From NCBI GenBank assembly GCA_020636225.1, contig JACJYI010000007.1, positions 82,352 through 146,351 on the forward strand: a DNA stretch of 64,000 bases, in the 5' to 3' direction. The first letter of the stretch is position 1. Every line of letters starts with the position of its first letter. A program made the translations under genes and the position numbers. Source of the stretch: Lewinellaceae bacterium. GTDB lineage: Bacteria; Bacteroidota; Bacteroidia; Chitinophagales; Saprospiraceae. Shown one piece after another: positions 27,755 to 39,600 of this stretch. Below the pieces are notes generated by a model, which saw only the letters and a list, made by a program, of their open reading frames with translations, did not search any database and was not told the DNA's origin.

Positions 27755-30097
27755 TTAAGGAAAGTTAGGTAATACAGGAAATGCTGAAATCACATGTCCA
27801 TCAGCATGCAAATAATAATTAATCAGTTGTCCTCCTTGTGTGGTTCCCTCCCATATGTTTCCAGAGGTATTTGTAGGATTATTATTCATAACATACTTCA
27901 ATTCATCCATAACTCTAAATTCATCCCACGAATCAGGCCAAAACGATTTCCTACCTCCGCTACTAAATACAGCTCCATAAAATCCCTCACTTGTTTCTGA
28001 TATTCTATCAACCAATTTTCTGGCATCGTCATTCAAAATAGCAGATATATGATGACGTCCACCTCCACTGTCTCCTCTAAAAATATGCTTTACTGTTTTG
28101 TCAGTTATAGCAGGATGATTTGCATGACTTACAACATCATCAATAGGCTTTATTCCTCTTTGAATCGCAGCAGATAAACCTTCAAGGACATTTGTATTTG
28201 TTTTAATTGTAGTCGGACAATTAAAAGCAAACTCCCACGCCTTAACCCCATCATCACCAAAAGTCTCAATAAACTGTCGGAACTCAGGACTAGCTGAAAT
28301 CAAATCACGATGAAAGGATTGGGCTATCTCATTACTACTGAAGCCATACTTTTCAACAAAATTCTTTAATGCTGGTGAAATATCATCTGTTATGGAACCT
28401 ACTTTAAGCAGTCCATTTGCTTCTTTCTTAACCGTAAATAAATCTGAAGAAACTTTTACAAAATACTTCCCAGCTTTGTAAATGATATACAATTCAGTCC
28501 CAATAATAAATGCAGACAATATTGCATTACCATAGTCACCCTTATATAGATATAATAAACCTTCAGTTAAACCAGCTGCAATGGCAACTGGTGCAGAAGA
28601 GACCACACCTACTGCTCCTGCTACAAATATATATGTATCTACATCCAGCAGAACCTCTCCAGTTTTATCTTTAATTTCATTCAATAATGTAAACATTGAA
28701 AAGGAATCACCCTCCCATTTAGTCCCTAGTGGTTTAAATGACATAAAATAATTGCCACTTGGATCATACAGCCAATAGTCATAAGAGAGACCATCCTCAT
28801 TCCATCGGTAATAAACCCATCCTTCATATGTAAGCTGCCAAAAACCTCCTGTGCCATCAGGCCGAATAACAATATCCTTATCTAATGAATACGGGCCCAA
28901 ATCCATTTTTTCTGGTGCACCTTTATTAGGGCAAGGATATAGACCGTTATTTGTATAGTCAATAACCTTATATTGATTAGTATCACCGTACGTATAGGGA
29001 AGGATATTATTATAGTCATTAAAATTATCCATTCCCAACTGATCATCAAGCCTGTCTGGAACAAGAGTATAATCCCAATCAAAATTATGACTCACCAGGC
29101 TATCAACTCCGCCATCCCTTGCTAAATCGACAAATGGAACTGGGTAGTTTAAATTGTACACGTGAGAAACACAATTCTCTCTGGCATTCCCAACATTGAC
29201 TTGAGCAATATCCCCAATCCCCCAGTGCTCTTTAAACGCATAAGCATTAGTCCCCTCCTTACAATTATGGCGATAACCTGCAAACTTTTCTAAATTAGCA
29301 CTATAAACACAAGACCTGTAAAATACATCATCAATCAAGAATCCATGCAAGGTACCATTAGGTTGAAAAATGGCATTACTCGGATAGCCTGGAAATGTTA
29401 CAACAGCACCCGTCTCTGAAACAAAATTCAGGTTAAAGAATTTTTCAGAAACATCAATCGGGAAGGCACCCGGAATCTTATGCTCCACCATTTCACTCAA
29501 CCCTGAATTGCACTCCAGTGAACGACCTATGCTTGATCTTTCATATCCGCGGCTTTCTTGATTTAAATAGCAACATACACCTTCTCTGAGCAAATAGAGC
29601 AAACGGTCAATTGCCATCATCGATGCAAGCATGTAATTTTCAGGTTTCCCACCATAAAAAACGTCAAACTCAATCTGAACTTGATTTTCAATATATTCAA
29701 TATTAATACAACTATCTAGACTACAATTTAAGCTCAGTTCAACGAATATCTTTGACCAAACACCCTTCACATCAGACAACTTATTAAAAAGCAATCGATT
29801 TTGATTATTTGCGAGTCCTCTGCTTATATCCAAGATATCTGATGTATCCATTTGGGCAGTATTGTGCACATATGCACCAAAATCATAAACTCTAAAGTCA
29901 AGAGGGAAGATGTTTGAATCAAGTGCAATATTTACCTCCTCAAAATAATTGATCACTTCAGAAGCCTTGGCTTCCAATGCAGGTTCATATACACTCCTGT
30001 CCATTCCAGATTGATCTGGAAGCAGGAGGAAGTTGTCTTGAGACCTGGCTTCAACACTAAAAAATAAACCTAGAATGAAAAATATAAATATCCGCAT
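27755..30097 (-). CDS. Polymorphic toxin with a C-terminal bacterial EndoU-type RNase domain
   Basis: It has a signal peptide (MRIFIFFILGLFFSVEARSQ), a long N-terminal region and a hydrophobic segment (YIFVAGAVGVVSSAPVAIAAGL...FIIGTELYIIY). The C-terminus reads KHIFRGDSGGGRHH...SFWPDSWDEFRVMDELKYVMNNNP...GHVISAFPV and matches the EndoU_bacteria pattern. Confidence 0.65.
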   Translation of the reverse strand: MRIFIFFILGLFFSVEARSQDNFLLLPDQSGMDRSVYEPALEAKASEVINYFEEVNIALDSNIFPLDFRVYDFGAYVHNTAQMDTSDILDISRGLANNQNRLLFNKLSDVKGVWSKIFVELSLNCSLDSCINIEYIENQVQIEFDVFYGGKPENYMLASMMAIDRLLYLLREGVCCYLNQESRGYERSSIGRSLECNSGLSEMVEHKIPGAFPIDVSEKFFNLNFVSETGAVVTFPGYPSNAIFQPNGTLHGFLIDDVFYRSCVYSANLEKFAGYRHNCKEGTNAYAFKEHWGIGDIAQVNVGNARENCVSHVYNLNYPVPFVDLARDGGVDSLVSHNFDWDYTLVPDRLDDQLGMDNFNDYNNILPYTYGDTNQYKVIDYTNNGLYPCPNKGAPEKMDLGPYSLDKDIVIRPDGTGGFWQLTYEGWVYYRWNEDGLSYDYWLYDPSGNYFMSFKPLGTKWEGDSFSMFTLLNEIKDKTGEVLLDVDTYIFVAGAVGVVSSAPVAIAAGLTEGLLYLYKGDYGNAILSAFIIGTELYIIYKAGKYFVKVSSDLFTVKKEANGLLKVGSITDDISPALKNFVEKYGFSSNEIAQSFHRDLISASPEFRQFIETFGDDGVKAWEFAFNCPTTIKTNTNVLEGLSAAIQRGIKPIDDVVSHANHPAITDKTVKHIFRGDSGGGRHHISAILNDDARKLVDRISETSEGFYGAVFSSGGRKSFWPDSWDEFRVMDELKYVMNNNPTNTSGNIWEGTTQGGQLINYYLHADGHVISAFPVLPNFP

Positions 30098-30342
30098 TGC
30101 AACTGGGTGATAGTGGCTAAATTCATTCATATGATACTCCATTAATTAAGATCATTAAATATTCCATAAAACAGTCAAAATAAACAGGAATCCATAGTGC
30201 AGCTTCAACGACTTCAAGTAATCTTAATAAGGTTTTTCACCAAAACTAATTCCATCTACGCTTCCATTCAGATAAACGATTCAGGAGAAAACAAAGTCAC
30301 TTTCAATAGTGCTTCAAATTATCCATGTGTAAATATTTCAAC

Positions 30343-31404
30343 TTACTTTTTTACAACTTTGCCTAAACATCTACCTCCTTCCATCACAATCCAATAGACT
30401 CCTGAAGGCAACATGCTGATGTCTGCATCAATTATTGTCTGTTCATCTGATAATTTTTGTATTGACAGCTCAAGTGATCCTATACTACTGAAGAAATCAA
30501 TTCTATTAACTGCTTTGGCCACCCCATTATCATTAATCTGAATTTGCATCAAACCTGTAGTTGGCGAAGGCCAAATTTTGGCATCCTCAGCATTTTCTAT
30601 TGCCATGAAATTCCCTCCAATCTCAACAATGCATTCCTCCTTGACAACAGAAGTTAGGCTCCACAGTACATTTGAAGTATCCTCGGCATTCTGAATGTGT
30701 GGCCCTCGCCCAAAAAGCACTTGTTGATTACTTCCACATTGCACATTCCACACTACATCAGAATGATTAGTAATAGGATTGGTATATTCCAGGATTAGAT
30801 CACTATCATCTGCCCAATGGACACTGACTGCCTCACTGATCGAATTGGCCACTCCCAATAGCACATTGCCAAATGTTATCCCAAAACCATGGTTTTCACT
30901 TTTAAACCCATGGACATAGAGGAATAAACGTTCATTTTGATTTACCTCAAGTGCTGCACCATAATTGTTCTGCCCCTTCGGACAACCCATCATCTCAAAA
31001 TAATCCACCTCGCCTGCTCTCAACCCGGTAGCTCCCATGCAGCCAGAATGACCATCAGCAGACCTCCCTCCCCCTACACATCGTACCGCCTCCAAAGCTC
31101 CGCAGTCATTCCCTTTGAACAATGTAAAATCCAGATCCTGATCCGGATCATCCGGTACCAGGTCAAAGGCCAGTTGGCCACTCCGCCCGATCTTCAGCTC
31201 CAGCCAGATACCGGCTACCTCCTGAAAATCGTCCACACAGGGCATGGCCCCATTATCAGTCAGGGTACCCTCAAAGAGGTGATCGATATGCATGTATTTG
31301 TTGCATGTCACCAGTAATGGTGTGGCACAACTGCTACCATCTTGGGCCAGGAGGGCAATGGATATTAATGATAGTGTCGTCATGAAGATCAGGCTTCGGA
31401 TCAT
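30343..31404 (-). CDS. Secreted protein with PPC-like N-domain and T9SS C-terminal sorting domain
   Basis: It has a signal peptide (MIRSLIFMTTLSLISIALLAQ), the DLDFTLFKGNDCG motif and a C-terminal IWPSPTTGLMQIQIND...LPSGVYWIVMEGG CTD. It starts 12 nt after the FN3 gene. Confidence 0.6.
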   Translation of the reverse strand: MIRSLIFMTTLSLISIALLAQDGSSCATPLLVTCNKYMHIDHLFEGTLTDNGAMPCVDDFQEVAGIWLELKIGRSGQLAFDLVPDDPDQDLDFTLFKGNDCGALEAVRCVGGGRSADGHSGCMGATGLRAGEVDYFEMMGCPKGQNNYGAALEVNQNERLFLYVHGFKSENHGFGITFGNVLLGVANSISEAVSVHWADDSDLILEYTNPITNHSDVVWNVQCGSNQQVLFGRGPHIQNAEDTSNVLWSLTSVVKEECIVEIGGNFMAIENAEDAKIWPSPTTGLMQIQINDNGVAKAVNRIDFFSSIGSLELSIQKLSDEQTIIDADISMLPSGVYWIVMEGGRCLGKVVKK

Positions 31405-31416
31405 CTTCGATATTGT

Positions 31417-33627
31417 TTACAGATTGAAGATCAAGGTGGAAGGTTCGCTCATCGGACTGGTGGTGCCGTCGTCAAACAGGGCTACCACTTTATATCGGTA
31501 TCGATGGGTATGCTGCACCTTGTGGTCAATAAACCGGTAGGTGCCGCTCACATTCACCGAGGAAGTAACAGAATCATACATCCCCTGTGCTTCACTCAGA
31601 TTGTACACGGCGTACTGCACATACGGGTTTCCATCCTTCGACCGGTAGATCTTGAATCCGACCAGCTCCTTATAGAATCCATAATTCCATCCGATTGCAA
31701 TTCCGATTTTCTTGTTTACTGAAGGGCCTGTACCATTAATATCAGATATATCGATACTGTCCACTGCCGGCCACATGGGAGAAAGGCCCTGAAGAGTGGC
31801 CACGTTGGATAAAGATGTGTTCCCAGACAAGTCAATAGCTTCCACAACATATTCATATGCCTGTTTGCCATTGGCCACCGAATCAATGTAATTCTTGTCA
31901 GAGGGGCTGTGTGTTACTTCAGTAAGAATCTCCCAATCTGGCAAACCCATCCGTCTTCGCTTGATGCGGTATTTGTCCATATCTGTACTACTACTCGGTG
32001 TCCAATAGATCCGGTTGACATTGGCCTGGGTGCCACTTCTTGTGATCACAGCCGGACTTGGAGGTACCACATCTGGGAGGGAGATCATGGCCGGATCAGA
32101 AAACTCAGACAGGTTCCCATTATAGTCAACAGCTTTGATCTTTACCCAGGTGGAGGACTCCAAGGTTTCCAACTCGATGATGTATTGGAAGGATGTGTCC
32201 CGAACTGGTGTCAGGGTTAATTGTGTATAAAACAAGGTATCCCGATTGCTGTAGAATACCCGATATCCATCCACATCCTCCTCCAAGTTGGGTGTCCAGC
32301 TGACCGTAACCTGGCCCAATGTACTGACTACCCCCACCGGTGTAGCCGGTTTGCCCGGAGGGATTGTATCCAGCAGTTGAGCAAAATGGGACCAGCATTC
32401 CGCGTGATACCCATGGATATCGTACACCTTGACTTTGTAGTAATTGCCCCGCAATGGTGTCGCATCCTGCCAGGTTCGCACAGTAGGCCCGAGCAAATTG
32501 GCCCCGGATACGACCTCGTACGGCCCTTCATCCCGATGGCTACGCAATATCTCGAAGCCTTCGATCTCGCTATTGTGTTCTGAAGGATACTGCCAGTACA
32601 CTTCGATGACTTCATTGTCAACCACATCCAAACTGTCAATTCTTGGTATGATACCCACCGGATTGGGGCGGTTGAGCACATGGATGGTGTCCGACCACGC
32701 CGAGGTGCGTCCGAACGCATCTTTTCCACGCACCCGATAAATGTAAGTCTGACCAATCTGGCTGACCGTATCAATATGCATGAATCGATCAACAAACTTG
32801 TCACTGACCGGTGAATTCAGCATCGGGAGATCCGACAGGTCGGAGAAGTTAATTCCGTCCTCCGACCGCTCAATGTCATAGCTGATAAATTCCCTCTCAT
32901 ACCCCTTCCAGCCGAGGGTCATATAGCCGCCCTTCCCAAGGCCAACCATAAATTGAGGAACATGGGCAACAAACAGGGTATCGTTGCAACTTAACTTGAC
33001 ATAACCAGATAACAATACGGGTGACACTGAATCACCCAATAGTTCTACCCGATATATATAGGTGGTACCAGCTACGGCTGAAGTATCCACAAACCCAAGA
33101 CCAGAGAGATGGGCGGCCATAAAGGAATACTCTCCTGCCAGCAGGTTCATTTGATACCGGTTTTCCCATTCTGTATCCAGCTTGTAGGCCTGCATCAAGG
33201 CACTGGTATCGCCCAGGGAGATTTCAAGGGAATCACCGAATATGGCCCCTCCGGCCAGCTCGACATTGGCATCTTGCAATGTATCCATCAATTCACCCCA
33301 GATGGATGTATCTGCAGGAAGAACGATTGAATCCAACACAACCAAGGTAGACAGGGCATTAGGTGGCACACTGTCTGTATAGCTATGGACATATCGACTG
33401 ATCCTATACCCATTTGCCAAACCCTGTTTCCAAAATTCTTTTTCGGATGGAGCCCATCGAAGTAGAATGGAATCGCAAGACAACACAGCTCCACGTATGG
33501 ATAACAAGGGAGCCTTTGAAGAGATGGTCTGGGCGCTTACCCATCCGGTCAGCATGACAACCAGAACACTACAGGCAATCAGCCGTCCTTTCAACCGGAT
33601 ATGGAAATATTCTATTCTTTTTTTCAT
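31417..33627 (-). CDS. Secreted fibronectin type III repeat protein
   Basis: It has a signal peptide and several FN3-like modules (e.g. VTVSWTPNLEEDVDGYRVFYS, RIYWTPSSSTDMDKYRIKRR). Confidence 0.6.
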   Translation of the reverse strand: MKKRIEYFHIRLKGRLIACSVLVVMLTGWVSAQTISSKAPLLSIRGAVLSCDSILLRWAPSEKEFWKQGLANGYRISRYVHSYTDSVPPNALSTLVVLDSIVLPADTSIWGELMDTLQDANVELAGGAIFGDSLEISLGDTSALMQAYKLDTEWENRYQMNLLAGEYSFMAAHLSGLGFVDTSAVAGTTYIYRVELLGDSVSPVLLSGYVKLSCNDTLFVAHVPQFMVGLGKGGYMTLGWKGYEREFISYDIERSEDGINFSDLSDLPMLNSPVSDKFVDRFMHIDTVSQIGQTYIYRVRGKDAFGRTSAWSDTIHVLNRPNPVGIIPRIDSLDVVDNEVIEVYWQYPSEHNSEIEGFEILRSHRDEGPYEVVSGANLLGPTVRTWQDATPLRGNYYKVKVYDIHGYHAECWSHFAQLLDTIPPGKPATPVGVVSTLGQVTVSWTPNLEEDVDGYRVFYSNRDTLFYTQLTLTPVRDTSFQYIIELETLESSTWVKIKAVDYNGNLSEFSDPAMISLPDVVPPSPAVITRSGTQANVNRIYWTPSSSTDMDKYRIKRRRMGLPDWEILTEVTHSPSDKNYIDSVANGKQAYEYVVEAIDLSGNTSLSNVATLQGLSPMWPAVDSIDISDINGTGPSVNKKIGIAIGWNYGFYKELVGFKIYRSKDGNPYVQYAVYNLSEAQGMYDSVTSSVNVSGTYRFIDHKVQHTHRYRYKVVALFDDGTTSPMSEPSTLIFNL

Positions 33628-33671
33628 TTTACTTCTTTCTTAACGGTGAAGGTTTCCCGAACGGCTTGCCG

Positions 33672-36600
33672 TTAATGTTGCCAGGGCAGGGTTACATCAA
33701 ACGAACCAAATCCCTTGTTTGTCTTCTGTTTGGGTGAATACCAGAATCGAATTTTTGTATCAGAGTTCACTTCAACAGAGAGGCTTTGTGGCAACCGGAT
33801 GGTGTTATACAGATCTTGACTTTCAGAAGTTGTAAATAGATCCTTCAAACAAGGCGGCAATAATGAATATGGTTGTCCATGGGCATAGTCGGCTAGTGGC
33901 CCATGCCCCTGCTCCCCACAGCCGGTTTGCACATAATCAATATAGTTCATTCTGTCAAACTGGACCTCCATCGCATTCGTCAATAATGGCAGATCTTCCT
34001 GCAAATACCAGGGAATGGTGTTGACCAATACCAACTGGTCGTACCGTTGATTCTCACCATTTATTTCAACAGTTCCTGCTGAATCCTGCATGGCAAAGAA
34101 TACACTTTCGCTATAATAGTCATTTATCTCCGCGCTGAAGAAAAGTACATCAAACGTCAAATCAGCACTCAACACAAACTGACCCGGTGATCTATTGGCA
34201 ATAAAATAGCGGTATGGAGCAAGCCATGTTGTAGAGGCATCATCCACAACTTTCCAGTTGAAAAACGGGGGCAGGCCATTGTACCCATGGATTTCATAAT
34301 CATCAAATCCTTCAAACCCGGACAGGCGGTAGGCCACTGGTTGGCCAGTCAGGATCGTGTCGAAAGACATTGAATTGACCATCGCCTGCATTTTCTCTGT
34401 CCACGTATCATGCAGGCTGGTTCTGAACGGAATGGAAAACAACACCCGTTCGGTCTTCAAGGTATCGTCAAAATCGGTATTGGCCATACACTTGACAAAC
34501 CCATTCATCGAACCACCCGGCAATCCCTGAGGCCAGGATCCTACCACCGGATTGATGAGCTCACGTGATGTGCCATTTCCGGAAAATCCACCATTGCCTT
34601 CACCACCAAAGACAGGAGGTTCAGGAGGGTCATCCACTTTGAATCCCTGAAGGATATCCAATGTATATTGGGTTTCCGGCTCAGTCACCGACCAGTCCAC
34701 CTCAAAATTAACCTGGTTGCTCTGGCAATCATAAAATACAGGTCCTTCGGTGATGACTTCCTCTCCTTGCTTCAGGCGATACATGCTACGCGCATTTACT
34801 GGTACTTTAGCAAACAAGTAGTATTGGCCCGATGCCAGTTTTACATAGGCATGCTTGGCATCGGCATCCCCAGGCAAGAAATATTGCTGTCCCTCATGAG
34901 GATAACTTTCTGCCACATTGTCCGGGAGAATGATATCTGGCAGTTCTCCGGTTGAGAAACTGCTGATCAGCGTGTCACGATCCTGTAGCTCACCATTCAC
35001 CTCCACATACGCATACGCTTTGATCTGGTAATTAAAATCCGGACGTAAAAACTCCTTAAACTTGACGGCTATTTCCATTCCCCCTTCCTGCCTGGACCAA
35101 CTGAATTTTTCATTTCCAGCGCTGGAAATAAAATCAATACGCTCGATCTTGATGAGGTATATGGATGTATCCTGACCCTCAACACGCTCTATGGGTGTAT
35201 CCACCGGATAATTCATGTAGATCACCGGGCTGACGTTCACAGCGACATCCTGAGATCCATGAGCAGGATCCATATAATCAAAGACAACCAGATCCATTAC
35301 ATAGGCCGAAGAATCAGGATTGAGCAATTCACATTTTGTCCCGAATTCTACATTGAAGCGAGTTGAACCTTTGATGATACCCAGTATATTGTAATTCGCC
35401 TTGACAATCCCCTGTGCCCATACGGGATTGGGCAACTGGGCACGCAATAAGATACCAGCTTGTATGTCGGCTATGGTGCCTTTTCGTTCCTTAAAAAGGA
35501 ATTTGAACTTGTACCCCAGGTGAGCGGCCAGGTAGGCATACATCTGCCCCGTGGCATACCAACCATTGATGCCCGGCTTTTCGTAGTTATGCGCACACAA
35601 TGCATCATACTGCATCATGGCCAGATCATACCCCACTGTCAGATTGGCGTAGAACGTAAAGATCCACACCTTGGTGGTATCGGCATTCAGGGTAAATTTC
35701 GACCCATGCATGAATCCGCCACCTTTGGCCATTTGGGAGTTGAGTGTAAACGTTGGTGGTACATCAAAAAAGTCAGATAGCTCACCCTCCAATTCAGCTA
35801 CTTTTGGAAGTCTGGAGCCGAGGCAGAAATAGGTAGTAAAAGTAGCGTCTATACCTGGCACGATACTGACCCGCATACCTCCAGGTTGGTTAGGCTCACC
35901 GACCCACAAATACCAATCTTTTGGGCCTATTTTAAATCGCACATCACTAAGCTTGCCAACATCCGAAGAATCAGCTATTCCTATCAACACATTTCCAAGA
36001 GACATGTAGGACTTGAAGTTGGCATCAAATGTATTTTCAGAGCTATCGTATGATAAATTAAAAAATGCCCTGATTGGTCCTTCTGCACACATACCTTGAT
36101 CCAATGGGTCGCCACCTGACTCATCATAGGTGGAAGGGGCATCAATATTCAAGGCAGCCATACATTGGAAATTGCCAAGAATGTTCAGTGTAAATCCCCC
36201 TGTTTCTTCAAAGATGTTCATGGCAAATGAGGCATTCCCATTCAATGCTTCCTCACTTTCTGCCGTCATGAATGCCATGGCCAGTTTCAATCCCCAGGAA
36301 TGATTGAATGGCGTATAGGTAACCCCTGAAAGACTTAGCCCCAGTCCACGATTCTTTATCATGTCGGTGGTCACCGAATCCTGAGACATAGCCGAAGACA
36401 ATTGCACATTGTCATGTCCACTTGAAGCCATGTTGTACCAGAATCCTCCTCCAAAACCGTTCATTACCAGGGGTGGAAACAGGGGGATCCCACCCGGAAT
36501 GGTGACCATCACATCCACCATGCCATACTTGTATCCTTCATTATGCTTACCGAACATGCCCATGGCCTGTACAGCACCTTCAAATTTGGCAAACTTGACA

Positions 36601-39600
36601 GCTACAGCTCCCTGGAAACCTGTTCCATACTGGCTATCATTTTGATACTTGATCAATGAGCCTTTGATATAATCGACTCCCGTGCAGCTGCCTTCAATGG
36701 TGATCTGGTAGAAATTGAACTTTTCATATTTCCACTTGTGATGAATGGAGCTGGTGTCAATGTATCCCTGAATACCAAAATCAAAGGCCACCTTCAGGTC
36801 AACCCCACTGGTTGTCAGCCCCATGTCGGTCAGGAAAACCGCTTCAATGGCGCCCGGTTGGTTCGGGGCCTCCCGTAGTCCGATCCTGTCAAAATTGAGT
36901 TCAAATCCCAGGTAGTCAATTCCTTTTAATGGAAAGGACCAATATCCGATGTTGCGGATCGCCTTTCCTTTATTGGACAGGATCACCTGATCAAAATGGA
37001 TATCTTCAATGGCCAGGGGGTCGTCGCCATCCTTCTGGATATCCAGAGTTCCGTTGAGGGTAGCAATTACTTCAAATCCACTCCCTCTGTCGAACATGGA
37101 GATGGAGGTATTCGGGTACAAGGTTACATCTGCATAGATAGCTGGAGCCCTCAGGGCACTATTCACTTCCAGGTCAAACTGGAATCGTCCGTATGAATCC
37201 AAAAATGCCAGGTAACTGAAACAATCCATCGGCTTGATGGTATCCGACTCATTCTCTACCGATTTAAACAGAGGCACATGGAGGTATCCCTGCATATTCC
37301 CTTTGTGGAAACGGTTTTCCAGCACATGGATGGCCAATGTATCAATGGAGAAGCCCCATCCCGAACAGGAACCCTGATCCAAAGGCAACAGATTTCCGGC
37401 ATTGATCTGTCCACTGGCCCCATAATCATCGAAGACAAAATGCTGTAGCCCCAAGGTGATGTTACCTGAGTCCTTCCTGGCCATATCCTGGGGCAAGGTC
37501 ACATTCAATTCTTCAAAATATACCCCTTGCCAGGTGGTCTCACCCAGCATCGGATGACTGTATCCATCCGGGTAAATGATGCCTTCCGGGTTCAAGGCGT
37601 CACTGAAATCCAGCCAAACATTGTCCAACCGAAATTTGTACTCTTCTTTTTTGGTGACCGCAAAAGGGTCCACATCAATCTGGACAAGAATATCTGACCA
37701 GGAATCGAAATCACCTACAATGGATGCGGTGACATAACCGTCACTCAGTGGCTCCAATGTGACTGAATCCAGGGGGGTCAAATACTCCCGACAAAACTCG
37801 ATGTTGGCTTCAACAGAAAGCCCTTCAAAACCCGTGCAACCCCAATTGATAAATGTTTGGCCATTCTCTCCGACCAGGGTCAGCCGCATGGCTTTGCCCA
37901 ATGGAATGGGGGGTGAATTGTTCAGGAGCGTTATTTTTCCGGGCACTTCAAGCCCCCCCGGATTGAATGCAATGTCTTCCGCACCAAAGAGGACACGTTT
38001 CCCGGATTGCACCTCCAGAATAAACCAGGCATCCAGAGTGGCTCCCTGAGGGTTGACGACAATGGAATCCAGATAGATGGTATAGGTCAGACTGCCGATC
38101 TCCCGATTCAATTCCAGAGGCTGGCCAAAAACTTCACTTCCGCCTGAGACAGGCATGATTTCAGCCTTGAGTCCCGTCTTTTTCAGTTGGTTTATCTTAT
38201 CGTCTATATCGTCACCTGATACAGACGCATAGGGCCTGGCTTGCTCAAATAAGTTATCTACCCAATCCGGGGCTGCACTACACCCGACTCCGGAGGGGAA
38301 GCTGGTCTGCAAGACTTCCGGTTGGAATGGTCTATGCAGGACTCGTTCCAATGGAGAACTTGAACGGGGCTCCCGGAAGGCAGAAACAACATACTTTCCA
38401 AAACGCAATTGAAAATCTTCAACCAATTTGGCGTACACCAGGTTTTTTACAAAAAGCTTGAGTTTCTGGGCAGTACCGATATGTTCGGCCAACTCAGCTG
38501 AATCCATGGACATGATATACGGCTGAATGAACGCTTGAAAAGGCGCCAATGCATCATCCTGGTTGGTTTGAAGCAGCTGAATGATGGAGTCCAGCAAATG
38601 CTCCATGTTCAGGAGAGTGTGCAGGTATTTGTCGCAATGGTACAGATCAAAATGGTGTTGTTCCAGTGCCATAATCTGTTCATCCCTGCCGGAAAAGTTG
38701 CTGTACTTCTGAGGCTCGCGTACAAAATGCTGATGCAACCCCTCCTGGAAATACTCCCCGTTCTGACCAAACAGGAAAACGGTGTCCAGGCCTTTGGCGA
38801 CGACAATATCCTCCATGTCATCCCGGATATTCCCGCAATTACCCCGATATACCCCAATCAGGCTGTCATTGAGCCAGTCGAACTGTTCGATGCTCCAAAT
38901 GATTGCTGAATCCACTTGGGTTTCATGGGCACTCCAGAATTTTACTCCTTCATCAGTAGGATTCCCTCCGGATGGAATCAACCAGTAATAGGGAGGGCTG
39001 GCCTGAGGGTTACATGGATTACCCAGTGAATCCACTCCAGCCTGGCTGCATCCGTTGGGATTGTAAATGGTTCCAGTTTCCACATGGATTCCATTGGCAT
39101 TAAATCCATTCGGATCAAAATTAGGATTAAAGGGCATCCCCTCCTCCCAACCGGGGTATGGCGGAATCTTCTGATACAACCCACTTGAATCAAAACCAAA
39201 TGAATTCAACCCGGTAATGGGATCAAAGGCATAGGGATCAGGTGAAGGTGGGATGCAACTGAAGGTTGCCGGTGCCGGTTGGACCATCAAATTCTGCATC
39301 CTGGTTCTGGCGTTTGCATCATTTTTGACCTTGATGTCTCCTGATTCGACTATGAAATCAGTGTTCACCAAAATGGATGAAAACTCGACACCTACACGCT
39401 TATTTCCAAAAGGAACGGCCATGGTCCCGGTGCCATTGTACACACCATTCCCTTGATGGAAACGGGTTTTGACAATAACCGGAAACCCGTACGCCAGAAT
39501 CACATCGTTTACCTGGAGACCCGTGTACGGGCTGCCGCTGACCACTGCGGTGTCAGGAGTGGTACCACAAAAGATGTCCTGAAAGGTCGTATCCCCCAGT

